Source: the human T2T-CHM13v2.0 reference genome, Homo sapiens
Assembly: GCF_009914755.1 (NCBI RefSeq)
Contig: NC_060934.1
Strand: one strand, 5' to 3'
Length of the DNA stretch: 64,000 nt
Within the stretch, counting starts at the first letter, position 1; every line of letters starts with the position of its first letter. Under the pieces are notes generated by a model. It did not search any database. It was not told the DNA's origin and worked only from the letters and a program-made list of their open reading frames with translations. Positions 46,156 to 58,622 of the stretch are shown here, piece after piece. A program made the position numbers and the translations under genes.

Positions 46156-47067
46156 TTCTGGTTATTATATTATATTATATTAGCTATTATAGACAGGATT
46201 TGCCTTCTTGATTTCTTTTTTGACTAGTTTGTTGTTCATGTATAGAAATACTACTGATTTTTGTATGTTAATTTTGTATCCTGCAAATTTACTGAATTCA
46301 TTTGTCAGTTCTAAGAGCTTTTTGGTAGTCTTTGGCTTTTTCTACATACAAGAGCATGTCATCTGCAAACAGGGAAAAGTTTACTTCTTTCTTTCCAATT
46401 TGGATGTGTTTTATTTCTTTCTTGCTTAATTGTTCTGTCTAGGACTTACAGTACTATGTTGAATAAGAGTGGTGAGAGTGGACATCCTTGTTTTGTTCCA
46501 GTTCTTAGAGGAAAACCTTTCAGCTTTCCCCTGTTCAGTAAGATGTTAGATGTGGGTTTGTCATATATGACCTTTCCTTCTATGCCTAATTCATTGAGAG
46601 TTTTTATCACTTTGGGATTTTTGTTTGACCATTTGATCAAATGCTTTTTCTGCATCTATTGAGATGATCCTATCATTTTTATCCTTTATTCATTGATGTG
46701 ATGTATGATGTTTATTGACTTGCATATATTAAACCATCCTTATATTCCTGGGATAAATCTCACTTGATTTTGACATATTATCTTTTTAATGTGTTGTTGG
46801 ATTAGGTTTCCAAGTATTTTGTTGAAGATTTTTGCATCCATATTTATTAAAGATATTGGCCTGCAGTTTTCTTTTTTTGTTGCTGTTCTGTTCTTACCTG
46901 GTTTGGGTATCAGGGTAATGCTGGCCTCATAGAATGAGTTAGAAAAAATTCCCTTTGCTTCAGTTCTTTGAGATAGTTTGAGAAGAATTGGTATTAATTC
47001 TTGTTTAAAGATTCGAGATAATTCAGGGGTGAAGCCATCTGTCTTAGACTCTTCTCTTTTGGAAGAC

Positions 47068-47366
47068 TTTTTTTTTTTTTTTTTTTTTTTTTTGAGACAG
47101 AGTCTTACTCTGTCACCCAGGCTGGAGTGCAGTGGCCCGATCTTGGCTCATTGCAACCTCTGCAATGAGGTTGCAGTGATTCTCCTGCCTCAGCCTCCCA
47201 AGTAGCTGGGACTACAAGTACATGCCACCATGCCCAGCTGATTTTTGTATTTATAGTAAAGACAGGTTGTTGGCCAGGCTGGTCTTGAACTCCTTACCTC
47301 AGACGATCCACCCACCTCGGCCTCCCAAAGTGCTAGGACTACTGGAATGAGCCACCATGCCCAGGC
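47068..47366 (-). mobile_element. Alu (AluS) inserted in L1, with internal hairpin
   Basis: TSD ttggaagac on both sides. Confidence 0.93.
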
Positions 47367-50300
47367 TGTTGGAAGACATTTTATTACTGATTCAGTCTTA
47401 TTAATTGTTATTGTTCTACTCAGGTTTTCTATTTCTTTTTGTTCAATCTTGGTAGGTTGTATGTGTACAGGAATTTATCCATTTCCTCTAGATTTTTAGA
47501 TTTAGTGGCATATAGTTGTTCAAGATATTTTCTAATGATCCTGTATATTTCTGTGGCATCCATTTTGATGTCTCCTTTTCTTTATCTGATTTTATTTATT
47601 TGTGTTCTTTTTTTTTTTTCTTAGTCTAACTAATGACTTGTTGGTTTTGTTTATCTTTTCAAAAACAACAGCTTTTTGTTTTGTTGATGTTTTGTGGGGA
47701 TGTTTTTTCTCGATTTCATTTATTTCTGCTCTGATCTTTATTATTTCTTTCCTTCTACTAATTCAGGGTTTGGATTGTTCTTGCTTTTCTAGTTCCTTGA
47801 GGTGCATCTTTAGGTTGTTTATTTGAATCTTTCTAGTTTTTTAAATAGGTATTGATTGCAGTAAACTTGCCTCTTAATACTGCTTTTGCTGTGTCCCATA
47901 GGTTTGGGTGTGTTGTGTTTTTTATTTTCATAGTTTTAAGAAATTTTTTTATATTTCATTCTTAATTTTTTTCTTCACCCATTGGTCATTCAGGAGCATG
48001 TTGTTTAATTTTCATGTATTTGTATAGTTTCAAATGTTTCTTTTCTTATTGATGTCTAGTTTTATTCTATTGTGGTCACATAAGATACTAGATATGATTT
48101 GTTTTTTTTAATTCAGACTTGTTTTGTGTACTAACACATAGTCAATACTGGAGAATGTCCCATGTGCTTATGAAAAGAATGTGTATCCTGCAGGTGTCAG
48201 GTAAAATGCTTTGTAAATATCTGTTAGGTTCATTTGGTCTATGGTGCAGCTTAACTTCAGTGTTTCTTTGTTGATTTTCTGTCTAGATTATCTCTCACAA
48301 TGATGAGAGTGAGATGTTGAAGTCACCAACTATTACTGTATATGGATCTCTGTTTTACTTTAGATCTAATAATATTAGCTTTATATATCTAGGTGCTCCA
48401 GGGTTGGGTAAATATTTACAATTGTTATATTCTCTTGCTAATTGGTCCCTTTACTATTATCTAATGTCTTTGTCTTTTTTTGCAGCTTTTAACTTGAAAT
48501 CTGTTTTGTCTAATACCAGTATAGCTATTCCTGTTCACTTTTGGTTTCCATTTGCATGGAATACCATTTTCCATCCCTTCACTTTCCGTCTATGTGTGCA
48601 TTTACAGGTGAGGTGAAATTCTTATAGGCAACATATAGTTGAGTCTTGTTTCTGAAATCCATTTAGCCAGTCTATATCTTTTAAATAGGGAATTTAATCC
48701 ATTTACATTCAAGATTATTATTGATAGGCAAGAATCTACTCTTGCCATTTTATTGTTTTTTGGTTCTTTTGTATATTCATTGTTCCTTACTTTCTTTCTC
48801 ATTGCTTATTTTTGTAGGTGGGTGGCTTTCTGTAGTGATAAGGTTTGATTCCTTTTTCTTTCTCCTTTGTGTATTGGCTCTGCCAGTGAGTTTTATAGTT
48901 TTCATGATAGTGGTTTTACTTCCAGATGTCAGACTCCCTTGAGCATTTCTTGTAAGACTAATTGATCTAGTGGTGATGAATTCCCTTAGTTTTTGCTTAT
49001 CTGCAAAAGATTTTATTTCTTCTTCATTTCTGAAGGATAGTTTTGCTGGGTGTGATATTCCTGGCTGGCACTTTTTTTCTTCTAGCATTTCAAATATATC
49101 ATCCCATTCTCTCCTGGCCTGTAAGGTTTCTGTTGAGGAATCTGCTATTAGTCTAATAGGCATTTCTTTATATGTGACTTGATGCTTTTCTCTTGCTACT
49201 TTTAAAATTCTTTCTCTGTCTTTGACTTTAGACAATCTGACTCTAGTGTGCCTCAGAGAGAACCTTTTGGGTTGAATCTTTCTTCTTTGAACTTCCTGGA
49301 CCTGGAAGTCCATATCTCTCCCAAGACTTGGGAAGTTCTCTGCTATTATTTCATTAAATATATTTTTCTCAACTTTTCCATGCTCTTCTCCTTCTGGAAT
49401 GCCCATTATACAAATATTTGTTCACTTAATGGTGTCTCATAAATCCTGCAGCCTTTCTTCATTCTTTTTTCTTTTTTCTTCTTTTATTTCTGTCTGCCTG
49501 TGTTATTTCAAATAATCTGTCTTCAAGTTTAAAAATTATTTCTTTTGCTTGGTCTAGTCTGCTGTTGAAGCTGTCAGTTGTACCTTTTATTTCTTTTTTG
49601 AATTCTTCAGCTCTAAGATTTCTATCTGGTTCTTTTTTATAATATCTCTTTGTGGAATTTCTTATTCAAATCATGAATTGCTTTCCTGATTTCATCGAAT
49701 TGTCTATCTGTATTCTTTTGTATCTCACTGTATTTCCTTAAGATTATTATTTTGAATTCTTTTCTGACATTTTTATATATTTCCTCTTGATTGGAGTCTG
49801 TAACTGGGGAATTCTTGTTTTTATTTGGAGATGACATGTTTCCTTGCTTTTTCATGGTTGATGTGTTCTTGTGTTAATTTCTATGCATCTAGTGGAAAAG
49901 TCACCTCTTCCAATTTTAAGAATTAGGTTTTGTCAGGAAAAATTTATTTGTATGAATGGGTCTTGGGATATCATTTTGGTGGGATATGTTGGCCTTTGTT
50001 CTAGGTAGATTTAACAGTGTAGTCTTTGTGTAGTTTCTTCAGCTACAATCCACACTAGTGGCATTTAAAAATTTCTCAGTGGCCAAGGCTGAGAGAGGTT
50101 GTGGCAGCAGTGTTATTGGTGTTGGGCTCACCAGGCTGTTTCACAGGCCAAGGGCTTATGCGTATTCACAGTGGGTTGGCCAACTTGGGGACTGGCTCAC
50201 TAGGATTGAGGCCACAGTGCTGTTACTCTTGCCAGGAGCATAGGCACATGGTTGCTTGGCCAGGCTGGGGGTGTGCCTACCCGGAGAAGCTTGTAGAGTT

Positions 50301-53300
50301 GTTTCTCAGGTCCAGAATGCAGGCAGACAGCTGCTTGGTCAGTCTGGGGACATATGTGTTAGGGGCAGCCCTTAGGGCTATTTCTCAGGTCTAGGATGTG
50401 GTAACACAGCTTCTCAGCTGACCTGAGTGCATGACTGCTGGAGGTGACCCAGGGGGCTATTTCTCTGTCTTAGAACACAGACATAAAGCTGCTTGGTCAG
50501 CCTAGAAGCATATCTGCTGTGGGTGGCCCACAAGGCTATTTTTCAGGTCCAAAAATGAGCACGTGGCTGCCAACCTGGCCTGGGGACTTGTTTGTCAGGG
50601 GAGCCACGAGGCTGATTCTCAGACTCATGCAGGTTGCTGCATGACTGCTTGGCTAACCTGGTGGTATTTCTGCAGGGAATAGCCCACCAGCACTGTTGTG
50701 TAGGTCCAGGATGCAAGCACAGGCATGAGGCTGTGCCCACCAGAAGCGGCCCATGGAGCTGTTTCTCAAGCCCAGTACATGGATGAACAGTTGCTTGGCT
50801 AGCCTGGAGGCATGCCCACCAGGAGTGACCTGCAGGACTGTTTCTCAGGCCCTTGTTGGGGATGCAGGGCCATTGGACAGTCCAGAGGCTTGTCTGTGGA
50901 GGGCAAGGTTGCTACAGGGCTGTTTCCAGATCCTGGACGCATTTCCACTCCACTGGCCCAGAGGCATATCAGCTGCTTGGAGGCTTAGGGACCACTTCTG
51001 CTTAGGATAGGGTATGCAGCAGTTTGGCCAGCTCAAGGGAGGGAGTCACCCTGGGTGGGACTGCCAGACCATTTTTTGGCTGGAGGTGCAGCAGTAGAGG
51101 TTGGTTTATTGGCTGTGCAGGACCAGAGTCACAGCTGATTATGGGCTCTGGCTCCACACTGCTGGTGTTGTGGCATTCAGTCATCTGTGCGGACTTGTGG
51201 AATGAAGCTGGAGCGCCAGTGCTGGAGAGGTGCAGTGGCTGCTCGCCCCTAGAGCAGGGTACATTCAAGGGGTGACTTTGATCTCAAGATGGCACTGTGC
51301 TGAGCAGCTTGGTTCACAGAGGCTCGAGGGTAGATAGGGAGTACACACCTTGTGCTCCTAATCTGGGGCAATGCAGCTGAGTGAATCCCCAGCAGCTCTC
51401 CAAACTGGGCTCAGGACTTGTGAGGACTGCAGAATTTTCCTGTTGTAAGGACTGTAGCTGTCTGCAGTATCAATGAGGGCTGGTGAGGATCTTCTACTTC
51501 CTTTCCCATGCAACAGGAAGTCCCTCCTATCTCTGGGCCAATCTGATCTAGGTGGAGGAGACAGGGCTGCAGACACCAGGTACCTCCACACTGCCCTCCT
51601 AGACTTCCAATCACCACAGGTGTATCTCCACTGTCCCTCTGTACTCCAGCACTCTCCCTTCAACACTGCAGTCAAATTTTAGCTGTGTATTTCTTTCCTT
51701 GGTTCTTTCATGTGGGGTGAAAGAGTGCCAGGCTTCTCCAGTTAGCCATCTTGCTCCCCTAAATCCATTCTTTTGGGAATCTTAATGTGAGTCAGACATG
51801 ACTGAACTCCACTGGGCCAATGCTGAAGGACCATCCCAGCTCCAGAATTTCCCACAGGAGCTGAAGCTTCTGTTACAACTGCACTGCCATCTAACTTATT
51901 CTGATCAGCTCTGGGGCACCAATGAGCTCAAAGAGTACAGGAACCTTGTCTATCTTGCTCATTATATCCTTGGTACCTGGGAGAGTACCTAACACATACT
52001 AGGGGCTCACTTAAGAAGTGTTGGATGAATAAGAAATGAAGTACCTCAACCTGTCAGGAAAGAGCCAGACCCCAAATGTCCTAAGATAAGAAGGCATCTT
52101 TGTGGTATCTTGACAGTCGAGCAGCCAGTCTTGCCAACACCTTTAGAACAAACAGGATGAGACATGGTTTGTGAAGTACCTGTAACAATACTGGGCACAT
52201 AAAAGGCCTTCAAGAAAGGTGTCTCCCTCCCTCTCTGCTCTGATGACCCTGTGTACTTGGCATTATCTCACCATGTTGGGATTTCGGTTGTCCTCAGTTT
52301 CCTGGTGGGAAAGAGACTATGAAACAGAGTTTGCATGCAGGAAGTTTATTAGGGAGTGCTTTCCAGAAAAATGGCTGCTCCGTTGTTGCTAGGGTTCTAA
52401 AGTCATTTGGGCTGCCCTTGGCAATGCCCTATTATAGCTGTAGATATTCAGCAGTTTTCAGATTTAAGCTGGAGGAATCACAACTTGCTTTATCACATCA
52501 GGAACTTTTCCAGGAAGAAAAAATAATTATATCTTTGTGGCTATGTAGTTTTAGGGTGACCTATCACAGGAAAGCACTTGACCACGGTTAATTATTATGT
52601 ATTGAAAACATGTTGCTTACCAAAGATTTTAGAATATCTTTTTTTATTAAAAACTGATTAAATTTAAATTTATTTTTTCTTTTTGCAAGGAGAAAGAATA
52701 AAAGTAAATGACTCATTAGGACAAGGAATGCATGCAGCAAAAAAACAACTAATGCGGCTGAGCTCCACTAGGAATAGAATCCCAGGAGACCTGGCAAGAA
52801 ATTGCACTCCCTCAAGAGTAAGTCTCAAAGGCTGGAAAGCAGTGAGGTAAGGGCCCTGAGCCGAAGCCAATTAGTACTCGGTAAACAAATCGGATCATTT
52901 TGCTTTCTGCCTAATTTCAGGCCCACCTTCGGAGCAGCTCAGATGAGAGTTCTTAAGAGAAGAAAAAGTTCAAATTCCCATAGCAATTCAATTTACAAAG
53001 TGGCTTCTATTTGATTTGTGGAGGAACGGCCTGTGTTTTGTTTTGTGTCAAAGCTTCTGAATGGCAATTCCAAAAAAATGTGCTGAGTCATGAATCCCTA
53101 GGGAAAGAAGATTTTGACAAGAACAGGCAAAAGCTGCGACAATTATGTGATTAGGAATAACAGAGGCTCATTATTCTTCCAAATGAAGCCCTTTAATGCA
53201 AACATTAACCCTACACCTGTTCCCGGAACACTTGATGCCTCCCTCAGGTACAGAGAAGCAATACATTTAAGAATGACAACGACAAAAATAATAGCTAATA

Positions 53301-53634
53301 TTTTATTGGACATCTACTACATATCAGGTATATATATTGGGAATCTTATTTAATTCCCACAATAGCCCTATGATGTGTTTTATAAATGAGGAAACTGAGG
53401 CTCTGAGAGGCTAAATAATTCGCTCACAGTCACCTGGCCACAGGGACTGAGATAGGCAATCTGGTTGTGGAATCACAACCTTAACAAGTATGTACACTGC
53501 AGTCCCAAGTATTATCCATGTATTCATAGAGCTCTGATCATTTTAACTGAGTGCGATTAAACTCCTTACTCAAAGAGGGATTTTACTGACATCCTTCATA
53601 TACAATTGACTATATAGCAGACGGTCCCAAGATA

Positions 53635-53930
53635 TTTTTTTCTTTTTGAGATGGGGTCTCATTCTGTCACCAAGGCTGAAGTGTAGTGGTGCAATCTTGG
53701 CTCACTGCAGCCTCCAACTCCTGGGTTCAAGTGACTCTCCTGCCTCAGTCACCTGAGTAGCCGGGATTACAGGCATGTGCTACCACACCTGGCTAATTTT
53801 TGTATTTTTAGTTGAGATGGGGTTTCACCATGTTGACCGGGCTGGTCTCCAAATTCTGGCCTCGAGTGATCCACCCACCTCAGTCTCTCAAATTGCTGGA
53901 ATTACAGATATAAGCCACTGTACCCCGCCC
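53635..53930 (-). mobile_element. Alu (AluS/J)
   Basis: Antisense dimer; TSD-like cccaagat. Confidence 0.9.
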
Positions 53931-54784
53931 AAGATTGTTACTAATGAAGGAGAAAGTGCATGGCACTGCTAATGTAAATCATGTATTTTATGTGTTCAAT
54001 ATAATATTCCTTCTAAGTAAAAGAGAAAATGAGATGTCCTTTGTTTCAAAATGGAGCTCCCCTTTATGTCCTGGAACATCCTGAGTTAGGATAATTCTAT
54101 ACCAACTGCTAAGCACCGAGGCTACCTAAGGTCACTGGACTGGTTGGCTGGCGTAAATGTTTGGTCATGACCTCCCAGTACTGGAACTCCTGGTTCTTGG
54201 GAACTGTTCCTCATGAGCCCTTTAAAGGTCGGTGGCTGAACCTTCTTCCCTGCTGACATGATTACCCTACAGAAAATTTTCTCTGTTCACTAAAGGATTG
54301 GCTTTAGAGCAACCCTCCTGGCCAGGGCTAATTTCTGAACCATGTTAGAAATTAAAGGGTTTACTTTAATTTCTACAAAGAGAAAAATTTTGCATTTTGA
54401 TTTTGGAAATTACTTATGCTTTTATAATATGTTGTCCATAGTATTATGACAATTATGTTTTAGATCATAAAATGAGGGTCATAATCTCCATCTCACAAGG
54501 TTATTATGAGGGTTAAACAACATAAGCTTGAAACATATTAAGAATTCTATAAATTATTATTAAGAACTAAGACCTGCAGAGTACTCTTTACCACAAGAGG
54601 TAAAGCTGATAAACTAGCTTTTTGGAAGGCAATGGTAAAAGTAGCTAAGCATTTTGAATATGCTTTTGTCCAATAACCATGTTCCAGAGTCTGAATTATG
54701 CCAGGTAATTTATAGTTTTACATTCAAGTGACATGTCACTATAATTGGGTGGAGAACTAAGAGGAGAAAAAGCAACCAAACTGA

Positions 54785-55784
54785 TGCAAAACAAAGAAAA
54801 ATATTTTATTGTAACTTAAAATTCATCCCCTAGACAACAGATAACGCCCACATTGGATGTTATTTAGCAGACATAGTGAAGATGCCTTTGGACAATTATC
54901 AGCATTGATGAATATGAAGATGTCACATCAAAGTCAAACTTTTTCAGGTTATTGGGTTTCCTGAACATAACTGGCAAAAAGGAACTTTCAACACAACAAG
55001 TAGTTTAGTTTTTTTTTTTTTTATGTCACTTATTTTATTTACTAACCTTGACAGGGACTAAAGAATGAGGTACAGAAAACTTTCCAGAAGTCTGAGTGTG
55101 GTGTAGAAGTCCAAGACAACTTGGAGCTCCATTATTGCATTATTAAGTAGAATGAACTGTTATGAAATTCTCCATATTCCAGGTTTACTACATAGAAAAG
55201 TACTATTTACCTACCTCACAGAGGTATTGTGAGGATTTGTGTTTATAAAGTGCTTCAGGCGCCTTCGAAGAAAGGCAACATACAAGTATAAAATAATCAT
55301 ACAAATTTCAAAATAAATGAAAAGATGATTTTGGCACAATGGGAAGGGTGCCTCCTATTTAAAGAACACTTGGCTATTGGTTTATAAAATCCCCTGACCT
55401 CTTGGGTTTTAAAAAAATTATTATTTAAAAGAATAAATGTTTTTCCATTGCCAATCTTATAAAAATTCTCAATCCAGGCTGTGTTATCAGAATCACTTGA
55501 AGAGCTCAGTAAAATTATAGATGTTTGGGCAACAGCCTACACCAGCAGAATTAAAAGTTCTATGTGTGATACCCAGGTACCTATATTTTCAAAAAGATCT
55601 ATAGGGAATTCTGATGCATACCAAAGTTTAAAACCCATTTCTTTAGAAAAAAAATCAATGTATTAAACATTGGAGTTTATCCCAAGGACATTTTTCTTAA
55701 GGTTAAATGCAACTGCATAAGGGTATTAATTTCTTATTGCCCTTTTCCATTCCCATATCCCATGCAGACTTAGAGCATGCATAG

Positions 55785-55815
<31 letters not shown>

Positions 55816-56794
55816 GTTTAATTCTGCCCTTGAATTATATTTGATAGTGGTAAAATCTGATAGTAGCAAATAAATGCTTCACTGGGAGGATATGCAAGAA
55901 CTTGCAGCCCATCCCCACTGTGCCCAAAGCAAATGGATGTTTCCCATTTGCCAGAACGGAATGATTGAGAAATGTGTTTCCAATTTGGAAACAGGTAAAA
56001 TTAGCACTTCCCAGGAAACATCAGCTGAGTGGATGGCCAAGAAGCAAAAGTGAGCAAGGTTGGAGTGGTCAACCATGAAGAAAGTCTACAGTGACTACTT
56101 CTCCATTTGGAGTTCACCCACATCTCAGCAAATACCTTAGGAACTGAAACAGTTGCTCAGTGGGTACCAAACAACATGCGAGTACTTCAGTGAGGTAAAT
56201 AGAATAATGAAAACTGGTGACTGTAGGTTAAAATATATTTTTTTAAAAAATGACCAATTTGCTCCACTGCAATTCTTAAGGCTGTTTTAGTCGCCACTTT
56301 AATTTCCTGGCTGGCTTGAAGTCTTCTGTTTACTAGCAAGTCAAACATAGAGAAGAGAATGATTTATTTCCTAGTGGGCTTCACACATATCTTATCATGA
56401 TGCTTGCATCACTTTTAAAATAGGAGCAGTCTCTCTAGGTGCCTTGCAGTGGATTAAATGGAGTCGGCAGAGAAATTATACTTCTTTACACAGAGAAAGC
56501 CTTCTGAGGCTGGTCAAACTTTTTACAATGTTAAGAACTAGTGAATAACAGCAAAACAGAATAGTCCCATTGATGGTGTGGGGAGGAGAAATAGAAAAAA
56601 ATACGAGATAGAGGCTACGCATACACTACATAAAAAATAGGATATATAAAAAAAAATAATTCATTCAGAGTCAGTCATTGTGAAATTTTGCTATGAGAAA
56701 ATAGTCTTGACTCTAGAAAATTTGCTTGAGAATCTGTTAAAATATCGTTGCTATATGGTATAAAATAGCAAAAATAGTGTCTTCCAATATTCTT
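54785..56794 (-). other. SLC16A9: SLC16A9 3' UTR (approximate end); contains MIR and MER5A-like relics and a CA repeat
   Basis: Follows the stop codon; ends after a minus-strand AATAAA with U/GU-rich downstream sequence. Confidence 0.75.
54805..54810 (-). terminator. Polyadenylation signal AATAAA (likely main SLC16A9 site)
   Basis: Plus-strand TTTATT; downstream on the minus strand reads ttttctttgttttgcatcagtttggttgcttttt. Confidence 0.7.
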
Positions 56795-56973
56795 CTAAAC
56801 ATTAGAGGCAACTTTGTACAAGAAAGTTGTTGGAGCTGGCTTGGGGAGTTGCTTGTTGCATGTATCCCAAGAGGGCAAGGCTGCCAGCAGCAGAATAAAA
56901 CCTCCCAGCAGGACGCAGAAGCCACTAAAATAAAATGCAATATCATAGGTCTGGGTCCAGTCATAAAACCAAC
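56795..56973 (-). CDS. SLC16A9: SLC16A9 last exon, coding part ([25 protein letters not shown]...KVASNV*)
   Basis: Acceptor ttttcag|GT at 56974-56975, in frame with the preceding exon, TAG stop at 56795-56797. Numbering gives 509 aa, the recalled MCT9 length. Confidence 0.97.
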
Positions 56974-57160
56974 CTGAAAAGGCAGTAAGAAAAAAAGTAA
57001 GTTTCATGGAAATAGTATGAACATCCATCCCATACCCTAATTATATCAGTTTTATATATAGTTATAATTAGTATATATATTACTCCACTACTTCCAGCGT
57101 GGTTTACTGGGAGTTAGAAGAAGAGAATCTCTCAAATATTTGGATAAGAATAAGCAGGCA

Positions 57161-57447
57161 GGCTGGGTGCGGTGGCTCACGCCTGTAAACCCAGCACTTT
57201 GGGAGGCCGAGGCGGGCGGATCACGAGGTCAGGAGATGGAGACCATCCTGGCTAACACGGTGAAACCCCGTCTCTACTAAACAACAACAAAAAAAAACAT
57301 TAGCCGGGCGTGGTGGCAGGTGCCTTTAGTCCCAGCTACTCAGGAGGCTGAGGCAGGAGAATGGCATGAACCCAGAAGGCGGAGCTTGCGGTGAGCCGAG
57401 ATCACGCAATTGCACTCCAGCCTGGGCGACAGTGCAAAACTCCGTCT

Positions 57448-57478
<31 letters not shown>
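57161..57478 (+). mobile_element. AluY in the last SLC16A9 intron (antisense to the gene)
   Basis: AluY diagnostics (ggctaacacggtg, ggcggagcttgc), ~30-nt poly-A, TSD aagcaggca. Confidence 0.95.
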
Positions 57479-57479
<1 letters not shown>

Positions 57480-57707
57480 CAGGCATTTTGAGTTTCTCCC
57501 AAATAAAGAGCGAACACAAATCCCAGAGCATGCATATTCGCTTTCTCAATTATATCAAAGCAGTCTTGAATAAATCATTACCATGAGATGTTCCATGCAG
57601 ATTTCTTTTGTACAAATCTGTGCTACTGTTACAATCTGGACCTCTATATCTGGAGATATGACAAGGAAGAACAGTAAAATGGGATGATTTTAAGATAAAT
57701 ATCTTAC

Positions 57708-58622
57708 CAACGATGGGTGGTCCTAGGCTATTTCCAAGTCCAGCAAAGAACATTAATATCCCATAGGCATGGGCTAATTTTTCAATTCCCACAGTCTTCG
57801 TGGTCACATATGGAAAGATGGACCAATTACCAGTAAGAAACCCTAGGATCCCAGAAAGCAACGCCAATGTGACATAGCTTTTGGCAAATGGAATTGCACA
57901 CAAGGCTAGGCCCATGATGATTAAGGTAGCAACATAAAGATACAAGGTATTAATCCACTTGAAGTCAGCCAGTATCCCTAAAAGCAGTTTACCAACTGCT
58001 GTCATAATGCCTATAATGGAAATAAGTGGCATAATAAACTCTTCTTCTTTCACGTTTGAACTTCTTGCTACATCTTCCATAAGTAATGAAGGTGGAAACC
58101 CTCCGATGTCAAAGAGTAAGATAGCAATGAAAAGGGCTGAAAATACTTTGTTTTTAAAAAGAGCCACAGTTTCACCACAGTAGTTTTTATATAACTGCCA
58201 CTTCCTCTTGGCAAGCTGTTTGCAAAAATATGTCTGTTCTGCAACTTTCTTTTTGTACGTTTCAGGCTCTTTTGTGTGTGTCACTGTGGGGTTTTTATGA
58301 AGTAGGCTGTCTTGTTTCCAGTCACCATTGGCTAACGTGATCCTGCATTTTTCCTCACTACTGTAGCTCTTGTCAAGAATGTTTATGTTTTCTTCCAGAT
58401 TCTTTCCTTTTTCATTGTAAATGGAGTATTTATCTGGTAGATCTTCTGGAACTATTTTTTTAGGCAAAGGACAATCAGAAGATTGGAGGGGTCTCATCAG
58501 ACTGCCACAGGCTAATATATTTAAAGCTAAAGCACCCACAATCAGCAAGCATCCATCCAGTCCATAGAACTCAACCAGCATCCTCTGCAGAGCAGCATAT
58601 ATGAAAAGGCCAACGCTTGAAC
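57708..58622 (-). CDS. SLC16A9: SLC16A9/MCT9 penultimate coding exon (915 bp, approx. G146-G451)
   Basis: Translation ([45 protein letters not shown]...[11 protein letters not shown]) matches recalled MCT9, an MFS transporter. Acceptor ctttttag|GT (AG at plus 58623-58624) and donor G|gtaaga (GT at plus 57706-57707); both phase 1, length divisible by 3. Confidence 0.97.

Larger units (their letters stand above)
45337..51759 (-). mobile_element. Rearranged old L1 (L1M/L1MA-type): 5' UTR with degenerate tandem units, ORF1 remnant (48777-49406), degraded ORF2; 3' end and part of ORF2 missing
   Basis: Minus-strand start ggggagcaagatggc; ORF1-like IIAENFPSL...IRLIADSSTETLQARREWDDIF; endonuclease/RT remnants. 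Confidence 0.88.

Noticed and set aside
48777-49406. 209-aa ORF as a domesticated L1 ORF1 gene
   Set aside because: Frameshifted fragment of a decayed L1 ORF1.
57550-57707. C-terminal extension of the 343-aa ORF (KIFILKSSH...)
   Set aside because: Read-through past a canonical GTAAGA donor into the intron; the real frame continues at 56973.
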